A DNA stretch of 64,000 bases from an uncultured delta proteobacterium (GTDB lineage: Bacteria; Myxococcota_A; Polyangia; Fen-1088): the NCBI GenBank assembly GCA_963767925.1, contig CAVYGB010000010.1, positions 608,001 through 672,000 of the forward strand, in the 5' to 3' direction. This document shows, piece by piece, positions 54,164 to 64,000 of the stretch (its first letter is position 1; every line of letters starts with the position of its first letter). The notes under the pieces were generated by a model. It saw only the letters and a program-made list of their open reading frames with translations, made no database searches and was not told the DNA's origin. The translations under genes and the position numbers were made by a program.

Positions 54164-54175
54164 GTAGAGGTCCAC

Positions 54176-54583
54176 ATGGCGCGTCAACGAAAGATCCAGC
54201 CCGGGTTGCCGCTGTTCGAGGCGGACGGGCAGACCCACGCCCGCGGCTGCGAATGTCCGCGCTGCGAAGCGGGGTACGTCCCGACCGAAGGTGACCGGGA
54301 GGTCGCGGCCCGCCGGGTCGAGGAAGAGCGCGTGCGCCAGGCGGCGGAGAAGGTGCTGGCCCGCAAGCGCGAGCGGCTGCGGGCCCGGGCGCTGGCGCTC
54401 CGGCTGGAGCTCGAGGCGGACGAGCGGCGAACCGACGCCTTCCTCGCGAAGCAGGCGGAGCTGCTGCCCCGGCTCGCGCGCGACGAGCGGCTGGAGGCCC
54501 TGCTGCGCGCGCGCCGGGCGGGGGCGGAGCCGGGCACCGCGATCGCCGAGGTGGAGCGGCGGTTCTCCTCCTCGCGCCGCTGA
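54176..54583 (+). CDS. Hypothetical protein, HxxxCxCxxC motif plus coiled coil
   Basis: GAGG RBS; HARGCECPRC; charged helical C-terminus. Confidence 0.75.
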   Translation: MARQRKIQPGLPLFEADGQTHARGCECPRCEAGYVPTEGDREVAARRVEEERVRQAAEKVLARKRERLRARALALRLELEADERRTDAFLAKQAELLPRLARDERLEALLRARRAGAEPGTAIAEVERRFSSSRR

Positions 54584-54735
54584 CCGCGCCGGCGCGACGT
54601 CGGGCGGCGGCCGGATATTCACGGCCGCGCGGAGCGAGCGCGCTGTGATCGCGATGGTCGGGTCGGGCGTGTTTGCAGGCGGCGGTGGGGTGAGAACCGG
54701 TTGCCGGAAGCGCGCTTTCTTCTAGGATTGGTGGC

Positions 54736-55131
54736 GTGAGGCTGCTGCTCAACCTGCTCTGGATCGTGCTCGGTGGTGGGCTCCTGCTCTGTCTCGAGTA
54801 CCTGCTGGCGGGGCTCCTGCTGTGCCTGACGATCGTGGGGATTCCCTTCGGGCTTCAGTGCTTCAAGATTGCCGGGCTGGCCCTGTTGCCGTTCGGAAAG
54901 GACATCGACCCGACCGGGTCGTCGGCCCCGGTGGGGGCGCTGCGGGTCACGGGGAACGTGTTGTGGTTTCTGGTGGCGGGGCTCTGGATCTTCCTGACCC
55001 ACGTCGGGTTCGCCATCGCCCTCGCCATCACCATCATCGGGATCCCCTTCGCGGTTCAGCACTTCAAGCTGGCGGTGTTCGCCCTGTGGCCGTTCGGGCG
55101 CATCGTGCGCCTGCAGCACCCCGGCTACTGA
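54736..55131 (+). CDS. yccF: YccF/DUF307 membrane protein
   Basis: Duplicated N.LW...TI.GIPF..Q.FK.A..AL.PFG. Confidence 0.9.
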   Translation: MRLLLNLLWIVLGGGLLLCLEYLLAGLLLCLTIVGIPFGLQCFKIAGLALLPFGKDIDPTGSSAPVGALRVTGNVLWFLVAGLWIFLTHVGFAIALAITIIGIPFAVQHFKLAVFALWPFGRIVRLQHPGY

Positions 55132-55167
55132 CGCCGCCGGGGCGCGGGCGCCGTCCCCAGGGGCTGG

Positions 55168-55510
55168 AGCTGGCTGGCCAGGGCGTGGGCGGCGTGATCC
55201 CGAGATGGGGCGGGCCCTCGCCTGCATGCACCGCCAGCCGGCCCACGGCTGGACGGTGGAGGAGCTGGGGCGCCAGGCGGGGCTGTCCCGCTCGACCCTG
55301 GCCGAGCGGTTCAACCAGCTGGTCGGTCAGCCCCCCATGCGTTACCTGGCGCGCTGGCGGATGCAGCTCGCTGCCAGCCTGCTGGCCGACGAGCGAGCCA
55401 AGGTCTCGACGGTGGCGCTGGAGGTCGGCTACGACTCGGAGGCGGCCTTCTCCCGGGCCTTCAAGGCGCTGGTCGGCTGCTCCCCGGCGGGCTGGCGCAA
55501 GCGCCCTGCC
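55168..55510 (+). pseudogene. AraC-family regulator remnant (HTH only)
   Basis: RDPEMGRAL..WTVEEL..LSRS..F..VG..PMRYL..WRM..VGYDSEAAFSRAFK; N-terminal domain missing, no nearby stop. Confidence 0.75.
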
Positions 55511-55531
55511 AGCCGGGGAGGCGGGGGCCGC

Positions 55532-56923
55532 TCAGCGCCGGGCGCAGGTGGGTCGCTCGGGATCGCAGCGGTAGCGCTCCTGCTCGACGAACTTGCCGCT
55601 CTGGATCTTCCAGTGGACCAGGTCGGGGAAGTTGTCGCCCACCCCGTCCGGCTCGAGCGGGCTGCCCGCTCCGTCGTAGTTGATGGGCCGCTCCTGCCGG
55701 ATCCGGTCGGCCGCCAGCTCGAAGTCGGCGGACCGGGGTCGGATCACCTTGCCCCCCGGGGTGTTGACGTTGAAGACGTTCCCCAGGATGAGGGCCGGGT
55801 CGGTCGAGCCGAAGTGCACCGCCCAGCCGATCGCCCCCGCGTGCATCACGACGGCGTCGTACAGGAAGGCCGCCGTGCTCTCGGGCGCCTGCCCGGTCGC
55901 CGCCTGGAAGGCCGAGCGAAACAGGGCCCCCGAGTCGCCGGGCGCCACCCGCAACATCGAGGTCCCCTCGAGCCCGGCCCCTCCGGCCGTCAGCAAGGCC
56001 GGCAGCAGGAAGTCGCGGCGGCCGTGGTCGTTGGCGCTGGCGGGGGGGCGGGTGACGATGGGGTGCGTCTGGTAGTCGGCCAGCGCCTCGGGCAGGTTCT
56101 CGCTTCGGAAGGCCAGGAAAACGGCGTCCGGCGCGTGGCCGTCGGGCGCGCTGTCGAAGATCTGGGCCATCTCGAAGGCCCGGCTCTCGGGCGTGCTGGG
56201 CAGGCTGCGCGGCACGATCTCGCTCGAGTGAGGCCCGGTCACCAGGCTGTCCAGGGCCCCCGGGAAGGTGAAGGCGACCGGGACGTGGTCGGCGTCGTGG
56301 TAGACGACGATCTTGAGGTGGCCGTCGCGGTCGAAGTCCCCCTTGCGGGCCCGGGCGAGCACGAGGCGCACCTGGACCGGGTTCTCGAAGGCGGCGTTGA
56401 AGTAGGTCCGGAACAGCCAGCCCTCCGGGTCGGCGAAGCCGAGGTCGCTGTCCGAGGGGTCGTTGAAGCGCGGCGAGGAGCACTGGTAACAGGTCACGGG
56501 CACCTTGCGGGCGATGCGGGGCACGAGCTCGTGGTTGAGTCGGTTGACCGTGGCCGTCGCCTCGTCGCCGTCGGCGACCATGCCGATCACCCCCTGCTCG
56601 TTGATCAGGGTGAGGGCGGCGGCCTCGGCCTGCCCGGCGGCGTAGCTCGCCACGCGCACCCGGAAGCGAAAGCCCACCCCGGCCCGCTCGAGCCCCCGGT
56701 TGAGCTGGCTGCGGGCCAGGTTGGCCGCCGCCGTGAACGCGTTCTTCGCCGGTGAGGCCGCGGCGACCAGCACCCCGATCCCGTGATCGGTCACGGCGGC
56801 GGTCACCGCCCGAGGTGACGCCTCGTCGATCCCCTCTCCCCTGTCCACCCCGACCTCCGGTCCCCCGTCACAGGCGAGCGGAGCAAGAACCGTCGCCAGC
56901 GCTGCGAGTGTTTTGCACTTCAT
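55532..56923 (-). CDS. Type I periplasmic-binding-protein-like lipoprotein (Leu/Ile/Val-binding fold)
   Basis: AGGAG RBS, lipobox PLAC, GWLFRT, AFLYDAV, INYDGAGSPL. Confidence 0.7.
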   Translation of the reverse strand: MKCKTLAALATVLAPLACDGGPEVGVDRGEGIDEASPRAVTAAVTDHGIGVLVAAASPAKNAFTAAANLARSQLNRGLERAGVGFRFRVRVASYAAGQAEAAALTLINEQGVIGMVADGDEATATVNRLNHELVPRIARKVPVTCYQCSSPRFNDPSDSDLGFADPEGWLFRTYFNAAFENPVQVRLVLARARKGDFDRDGHLKIVVYHDADHVPVAFTFPGALDSLVTGPHSSEIVPRSLPSTPESRAFEMAQIFDSAPDGHAPDAVFLAFRSENLPEALADYQTHPIVTRPPASANDHGRRDFLLPALLTAGGAGLEGTSMLRVAPGDSGALFRSAFQAATGQAPESTAAFLYDAVVMHAGAIGWAVHFGSTDPALILGNVFNVNTPGGKVIRPRSADFELAADRIRQERPINYDGAGSPLEPDGVGDNFPDLVHWKIQSGKFVEQERYRCDPERPTCARR

Positions 56924-57036
56924 CCCCCGACTCCTTTCGTCCTTCGGGACCACGATGGCAGGGAACCCTGCCGGGCCGTAAGGGTGAACGTTCGGGCACC
57001 GGGGTGCGCTGGTATATCATGCGGTACTACATGTAA

Positions 57037-57053
57037 ATTATCTCACAGATAAT
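57037..57053. promoter_or_regulatory. AT-rich 7-3-7 palindrome, candidate operator
   Basis: ATTATCT-CAC-AGATAAT, ~115 nt upstream of the 56923 start. Confidence 0.45.
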
Positions 57054-57123
57054 ATCCCAGCGTTCATCGAGGCTTGTGCCGTCGACGCCGCGCCAGAAGG
57101 AACGCGTCAGCAGGGGTACCACG

Positions 57124-57155
57124 AAAAAAAGGCTCCGGACCGCCGGTCCGGAGCC
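57124..57155 (-). terminator. Intrinsic terminator of paralog B
   Basis: GGCTCCGGACC-3nt-GGTCCGGAGCC then T7 on the minus strand. Confidence 0.85.
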
Positions 57156-57226
57156 CTCGAGCGCACGCGCCGCTCGCTTCGCCCGGGGCCGGCAGGCGCT
57201 CCTGCCGGCACGTCCGGGCCCAGTCC

Positions 57227-59814
57227 TCAGTACAGCAGCAGCTCGCCGAGCTGCAGGCTGCTGGTGTCGCCGTTGTTGGCGGTCACGCGCAGGCGGTACT
57301 GGGCGTAGGCCGTGCTGTTGGTGAAGGCGTACGCGTTCGGCATGAGGCGACCGCCGAAGGTCTGGGCACTGCGGGTGTCGAGCGTGACCCAGCCCGCGTC
57401 GGCGCCGACTGTGCAACTCCCGTTGCAGCCCTGGAGGGTCCAGCTCCGCGGGTCGCGGGCGGCGTAGTCGCTGGCCGAGATGATCGTGTAGGAGGTGACG
57501 GCCGGGGGGGCTGCGTCCCACTGGTACACCACCGAGACCGGCCGGGTGGCGCTGGGGACGCCGGTCACGCACCAGCGGGTCGCGCCAGCGCTGCCGAGCA
57601 GGTTGTCGAAGGCCCGGGTCGGCAGCTCCGCCGTCGAGCAGGGCTTGCCCGTCCAGGTGACGGTGCCATTTTCGGTGCGATCGACGCCGGCCAGCGGCAC
57701 GACCGGCCCGCCGCCGTCGTAGAGCTGCACCTCGCGGAGCTGGGTGTGCGAATCGTTGCTGGCGTTGGCGGTGATGCGCAGGCGGTACTGCGAGTAAGCG
57801 GTCGAGTTGGAGAAGTTGAAGGTCTTGCTCTGCAGCCGGGCGCTGAAGCTCTGGTTGCTGCGGGTGTCGAGGGTGACCCACCCGGTGTCGGACGAGACCG
57901 AGCAGGTGCCGTCGCAGCCCTGGAAGGTCCAGGTCTTGGGGTCCCGGGTCGAGAAGTCGGCGGCCGAGGTGATCCGGTAAGCGGAGATGGCGATCGAGGC
58001 GCCCCACATGTACATGAGCGAGCGCGGCGACTTGCTGGCCGGCTTGCCGCTGCCACACCACTTCAGGCTGGAGATGTTGTTGAAAGCGTGGTTCGGGCTG
58101 TCGTTCACCGTGCAGTTCGGGGTGCTGGCGGAGGCGACTCCGAGGCTGGTGCGGTCCTCGCCGGGCGCGCCACCGATGGCGGCGTCGCGCAGGGCGTGGT
58201 TCGGCTCCCACATGAAGATGTAGGTCTCGCTGCGGATCGGCTCGCCCGGAGTGCGCACGAACGGGTTGATGCCGCTCGCGGGGAGCATCATGTACTGGTT
58301 CATAGGGCCGGTGGTCCCGGAGACGGTCGCCCAGGTCTTGCCGCCGGCGGGGTAGCCGGCAGACGGCACGGCCCACCTCAGGCCGCTGTCGCACTTGCCG
58401 GGGGGCATGGGTTCACCGAAGGTGTCGGCGAGGTAGAGCGCGCCGCTGCAGCGGATCGGCATCGGCCGGGGGGCGAACCCCGCCCGGAAGGCACCGAAGC
58501 TGGTGGCCAGGTCGGACTGCGAGGCGATGAGCCCCGAGCCACCCGCCACGTCGACCGGGGAGAGGGCGACGCCCGCGGTCCCGTCGGGGTTCATGTGCAC
58601 GTGGTAGACGCCCTCGGCGTAGAGGGGGGATCCACGTTGTCCACGTTGCCGAGGACCGCGGCGCCCAGGCTGGCCTCCCGGATCCAGGAGGAGAAGTCGA
58701 CCCGCACGGTCTGGTTGTTGGTGGTGGCGGTGACGAAGGCCAGCAGGCCGGCCATGAAGTCGGTCTCGTCGACCTGGCCGGCGTTGAAGCGGACGGCCGC
58801 GTTCATCATGCCGGTGTGGGTGACCACCTCGGTGACGAGGCTGGGATCGTGGGGCGCGCTGGCCTCGATGCCCGTGATGTCCATCGACTGGGTGGGGGGC
58901 GCGTTCCAGCGGAACACGGCCTTGATGAACCCGGCCACCCCGGTCCAGGTCGATCCCGGCGGGGCGACCATCACGAAGGTGCAGTAGCTCTTGTCGCCCC
59001 ACACGATGGCCTCCCAGGCCTGCAGCTCGATCGGGCCCGCGGCGCCGTCGGGGAAGCCCCAGGGCAGCTTGCCGAGGGCGACCGAGATGCGCGCGCCCGC
59101 CGTCTGCTGCGCCAGGAGCTTGGGAAACGCGGTCGACCCGAGCCCGAGCACGATGCACTGGCCGGTCTTCGGCATCCAGACGTCTTCCCCGCTGTACATC
59201 ATGCCGGTGATGGCGGCGGCGCCGAGGCCGTGGATGTCCTTGCCGGTGCCGGGGCCCGCCAAATTCATCCCCGCCAGGTTCATCGCCGCCAAATTCATCC
59301 CCGCCAGGTTGGTCCCCGCCAGGTTCGACCCGCTGAGGTTGGAGGCGCCCAGGTTCATCCCCGCCAGGTTCATCCCGGCCAGGTTCATCCCCGCCAGGTT
59401 CATCCCAGCCAGGTTGGTCCCGGCCATGTTCATGCCGGCCAGGTTGTTGCCGCCCATGTTGGTGCCGCTGAGGTTCATCCCGGCCAGGTTCATCCCCGCC
59501 AGGTTGCTGCCGCCCATGTTGGGCCCGCTGAGGTTCATCCCGGCCAGGTTCATCCCCGCCAGGTTCATCCCCGCCAGGTTCATCCCCGCCAGGTTGTTGC
59601 CGGCGTAGTTGTCCCCCTTGATGGCGGTGCTGACCGCCTCGACCGCCTCGCCGGGCTCGGTCGACTCCGAGCCGGGACCGAGCTCTCCATCGGGCGGGTT
59701 CACACAGGCGGTGCCCGCGATCAACGCGACCGTCGTGAGAGAGGTGAGGAACCCGGGGAACGGTGAGGGCTGCGAGGCGCGCCTACACCGGGCGCTCGGC
59801 ATTCTGCTGTTCAT
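57227..59814 (-). CDS. Lipoprotein: pentapeptide repeat + unknown core + two discoidin/F5-8C-like domains (paralog B); frameshift at 58624-58629
   Basis: Lipobox GTAC, 24x GxNLA, core aligns with paralog A across the break; tandem DP..WT.QGC...Y.QYRLR.TAN domains. Confidence 0.8.
59257..59616 (-). repeat. 24 x 15-bp coding tandem repeat (GMNLA)
   Basis: aggttcatccccgcc units. Confidence 0.95.
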
Positions 59815-59830
59815 GTGCGGGGGAACCTTC

Positions 59831-59846
59831 TGCAGGAACCGTGCAC
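59831..59846 (-). promoter_or_regulatory. Sigma54-like -24/-12 motif upstream of paralog B
   Basis: GTGCACG-GTTC-CTGCA, 16 nt before the ATG. Confidence 0.45.
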
Positions 59847-59960
59847 TCGCCCGGGCTCGACCCGACCGGCCCGATGACGCCGCCCCTGGCGCCGCTTTCG
59901 GCCCCCGCGGCCCGCGCCGGCGCGGCGAACATTCCGGTTTTGCTCGTTGTGCCTCCAGCA

Positions 59961-59989
59961 ACGCCGTTGCACGTCCGGTGCAACGGCGT
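59961..59989. promoter_or_regulatory. 12-5-12 perfect inverted repeat in a divergent intergenic region
   Basis: ACGCCGTTGCAC-GTCCG-GTGCAACGGCGT. Confidence 0.55.
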
Positions 59990-60112
59990 GTGGATGCGAC
60001 ATCGGAGGTGGGGTGAGGAGATGGGTGGTGAGGTCGTGCGATCCCGCCACGGAGCGGCTGGCGTCGAGGCGCGCCTTTATAGATACAGGGCGGTTTTGAC
60101 GATTCTGACTTC

Positions 60113-61222
60113 GTGCACATCACTGGTTATGGGGCGCAGGTCCGCGCGCACGGCGTGCTGCTCGCGCCGTGGGCCCCGGCTGCGGGGGACCTGGTCGGGG
60201 CCTTGCGCACGATTCCGGGGTGCACCTGGTCCGAGATCGATTCGGCCCCCCCGGCGCGGATCCCGGTCAACCTCGCCGCCGACCTCGTCCTGGCCGCTCC
60301 GGTCAGCGTCGACGCCTGCCGCTGGGTGCTCACCGAGTTCCGGGCCAACTGGCAGCGCGAGCTGGTGCCCCTGGTCCTGATCCTGCCCGAGGAGAACCTG
60401 GAGCTGGCGCTCGAGGCCTACGAGCGGGGGACCGACTACGTGGCCACCCCCCAGGACTCGCCCTCCCTGCTGCGGGCGCGCGTGCGGGGCCTGCTCCACC
60501 TGCGCACCGTCGTGCGCCTGCTGTTCGAGAGCCGCAAGCGGGCCAAAGATCGCCTCGAGCAGCACGAGCGCTGGGCCCGCTTCCTCGTGCACGACCTGCG
60601 GGGACCGCTCGGCTCGCTCACCCTGGGGCTCACCAGCCTCAAGACCTCGCAGGGGCTCAGCTCCGAGGACCGGGACTTCGTCAGTCAGCTCCGGGAGGAC
60701 CTCGGCCGCATGAGCGCGCTGGTGGGTGACCTGCTCGATCACGAGCGCCTGCAGACCGGCGCGCTGGTGCCCCAGCGCCGGCCGCACGACCTCAACGTCC
60801 TGGTCGAGAAGGTGGTGCAGCGGGCCCGCCTGCGTGGCGCCGCCAGCCGGGTGCAGGTGCGCTTTAAGCCCGGGCGCCAGCCGGTCTTCGCCAACCTGGA
60901 TCGGGCCCTCATCGAACGGGTGCTGGAGAACCTGCTGTCGAACGCGGTGATTTACTCCCCCGGGGGACAGGCGGTCGACGTGGAGGTCGCCGACCACGGC
61001 CTGGCCACCATCTCGGTCCTCAACGCCGGCCCCCGCTTCCCCGCCGCCGAGCGGGAGATGATCTTCCAGCCTTACGTTCAGGTGGGCCCCGCCGAGGGCC
61101 GGCGGCTCGGGGTCGGCCTGGGTTTGGCCTTCTGCCGGGAGGCGGTGGCCGCCCACGGCGGGTCGATCGAGGCCACCGAGCGGGACAACCGGACCTGCTT
61201 CGTGGTGCGGCTCCCTCGCTGA
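60113..61222 (+). CDS. Histidine kinase with degenerate N-terminal receiver-like domain
   Basis: VHDLRGPL H-box, NLLSNA, NAGP, GVGLGL, AHGG; GTDYVATP..LLRARV resembles a receiver C-half. Confidence 0.88.
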   Translation: MHITGYGAQVRAHGVLLAPWAPAAGDLVGALRTIPGCTWSEIDSAPPARIPVNLAADLVLAAPVSVDACRWVLTEFRANWQRELVPLVLILPEENLELALEAYERGTDYVATPQDSPSLLRARVRGLLHLRTVVRLLFESRKRAKDRLEQHERWARFLVHDLRGPLGSLTLGLTSLKTSQGLSSEDRDFVSQLREDLGRMSALVGDLLDHERLQTGALVPQRRPHDLNVLVEKVVQRARLRGAASRVQVRFKPGRQPVFANLDRALIERVLENLLSNAVIYSPGGQAVDVEVADHGLATISVLNAGPRFPAAEREMIFQPYVQVGPAEGRRLGVGLGLAFCREAVAAHGGSIEATERDNRTCFVVRLPR

Positions 61223-61232
61223 GCGCCTTCTC

Positions 61233-62627
<1,395 letters not shown>

Positions 62628-64000
62628 TCAGCCCAGGCGGGCCAGGCGCTGGCGGATGCGCTCGCCCATGACGTTGGGGATGCGCTCGCCGGCGACCAGC
62701 GCCTCTTGCCACCAGCGGCGGGCGTCGCGCAGGTCGCCCCGGCGCTGGGCGGTCGACCCGGCCAGCTCGAGCACCTCGATCAGCTCCTGCCCCTGGGCCG
62801 CCTCCCGGGCCCGGGCCAGCAGCGGCTCCCAGCGCTGGGCGCCCGCCCCGGCGATGGCCAGCCCGAGCGTCTCGAGCAGCACCTCGTCGCTCGGCAGCAG
62901 GAGCTGCTCGCTCTTGGCCTGAGCCCGGGCCTGGGCCTCGATCGACCGGACCTCGTCGACCAGCCGGGCGGCGGCCGCCTCTTCCCCCTGCCACCAGAGG
63001 ATGCGGGCCAGCAGGGCGGGCGCGTCGGGACGGTAGCCCGACTGCTGGAAGTAGCGGGCGTCGATCTCCACGATGCGCCGGGCGAAGGGCTCGGCGGCGT
63101 CGTATTCCCCCCGCCAGAGCAGGAAGCTGGCGCTGTTGATGTTGGCGAACCGCTCGATGCTGACGCTGCCCATCCGGCGGGCGTAGTCGAGCACCCGCTG
63201 GGTGTCGGCCATGAAGCGCGCCCGGTCGTTCCGGGCGAGCCAGAGGCAGGCCCGGTTGCCGAGCATCGCCGCCAGGTGCAGCTCGTCCCCCTTGCTCTCG
63301 CAGGAGCGCCCCACCTGGTCGAGGCGCTGCTCCGCCTCGTCGAGCAGCCCGAGCAGCGGCAAGATGAACCCCAGCAGCAGGCCCGCCGTCACCTCCACCT
63401 CGTAGCCCGGGTCGCCGATCGACTCGGCCAGGGTGAAGGCCTGCCGCAACATCGGCACCGCCTCCCGGTCCTGGTTGAACCGGTGCAGGGAGCGGCCCAG
63501 GGCCAGCAGCAGGCGGGCCTCCAGCACCGGCGACTGGGCCCGCTCGACCAGCTCGCGCGCCCGCTCCGCCAGATCGCGGGAGCGGCGCCAGTCGAACACC
63601 CAGTCGAGGGCCATCGACTCGTCGAGCATGACATCGGCCTGGATCGCGAGATCGCCGCCCCGGGCGGCCAGCTCGCGCGCGCCCGCCAGATCCTCGAGCG
63701 AGCCCTCGTAGCGGCCCAGCCGGTAGCGCATGGTCCCCCGGCCGCGCAGGGCCAGCAGGCGGGGCTCCTGCTCCGCCTCCTCCATGTGGGCGAGAGCCTG
63801 GGTATAAAAGAGGTCGGCCTCGAGGTAGTTGTGCCCCTGGCGGGCCGACTCGGCCAGGGCCAGGTAGGCCCGCCCGGCCTCGCGCCGCTCGCCCGCCCGC
63901 GAAGCGTGCCAGGCCAGCCGGGAGGTGCGGGTCGACGCCGGCAGCGGGGCGGCCCGGTAAAACGACAGCGCCGCCTCGTGCACCCGGTGGGCCACCACCT
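62628..64000 (-). CDS. TPR-rich C-terminus of a large protein, probably kinase/AAA-ATPase type (5' part outside window)
   Basis: H..A..F...LAWH..AGER..A..AY motif followed by helical TPR-like repeats; frame open to the edge. Confidence 0.7.
   Translation of the reverse strand, partial: VVAHRVHEAALSFYRAAPLPASTRTSRLAWHASRAGERREAGRAYLALAESARQGHNYLEADLFYTQALAHMEEAEQEPRLLALRGRGTMRYRLGRYEGSLEDLAGARELAARGGDLAIQADVMLDESMALDWVFDWRRSRDLAERARELVERAQSPVLEARLLLALGRSLHRFNQDREAVPMLRQAFTLAESIGDPGYEVEVTAGLLLGFILPLLGLLDEAEQRLDQVGRSCESKGDELHLAAMLGNRACLWLARNDRARFMADTQRVLDYARRMGSVSIERFANINSASFLLWRGEYDAAEPFARRIVEIDARYFQQSGYRPDAPALLARILWWQGEEAAAARLVDEVRSIEAQARAQAKSEQLLLPSDEVLLETLGLAIAGAGAQRWEPLLARAREAAQGQELIEVLELAGSTAQRRGDLRDARRWWQEALVAGERIPNVMGERIRQRLARLG

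Noticed and set aside
55205..56755. 516-aa AraC fusion protein
   Set aside because: Beyond ~100 aa it is the antisense shadow of the 55532-56923 gene
56956..56973. GGCAGGG-AA-CCCTGCC as a sigma54 site
   Set aside because: GG-to-GC spacing is off by one; only a short GC palindrome
51641..59616. 15-bp tandem arrays as a possible CRISPR
   Set aside because: No spacers, in-frame coding repeats, no cas genes

Overview
Very GC-rich window whose gene content points to a Myxococcota (Polyangia/Haliangium-like) genome: FHA-sigma54 activator, Oar-like TonB receptor, DUF1592/DUF1552 pair, Cys-rich lipoproteins, paired Ser/Thr kinases and myxobacterial-type LexA boxes. About 45 intact CDSs and several gene remnants; no rRNA, tRNA, CRISPR array or transposase was recognised. 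The left half is mostly metabolic (prolyl oligopeptidase, GlpSTPQUV-type ABC importer, Tat-signal TldD/TldE, glgC, IDH-family, HpaI, SDR). The right half is accessory. Best candidate for an undescribed system: two paralogous lipoprotein genes (49337-52075 and 57227-59814). They share a lipobox, an 18-24x GxNL[GA] pentapeptide repeat, a conserved ~340-aa core I cannot assign to a family, and an upstream GCACG-N5-TGCA motif, but carry different carbohydrate-binding-type C-termini. Nearby lie a kinase cluster, a DegP-like protease and an ABC exporter whose two permeases carry one intact and one degenerate HExxH metallopeptidase domain. Other highlights: two near-identical LexA-type boxes before an exonuclease and an unknown Zn-motif protein, a sigma70 r1.1+r3 mini-protein, an orphan ZAS anti-sigma-like gene, a 167-bp CTAG-flanked MITE-like hairpin and two REP-like families. 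Several single-base frameshifts in low-complexity tracts may be assembly errors. All family calls come from reading motifs by eye, not database searches.
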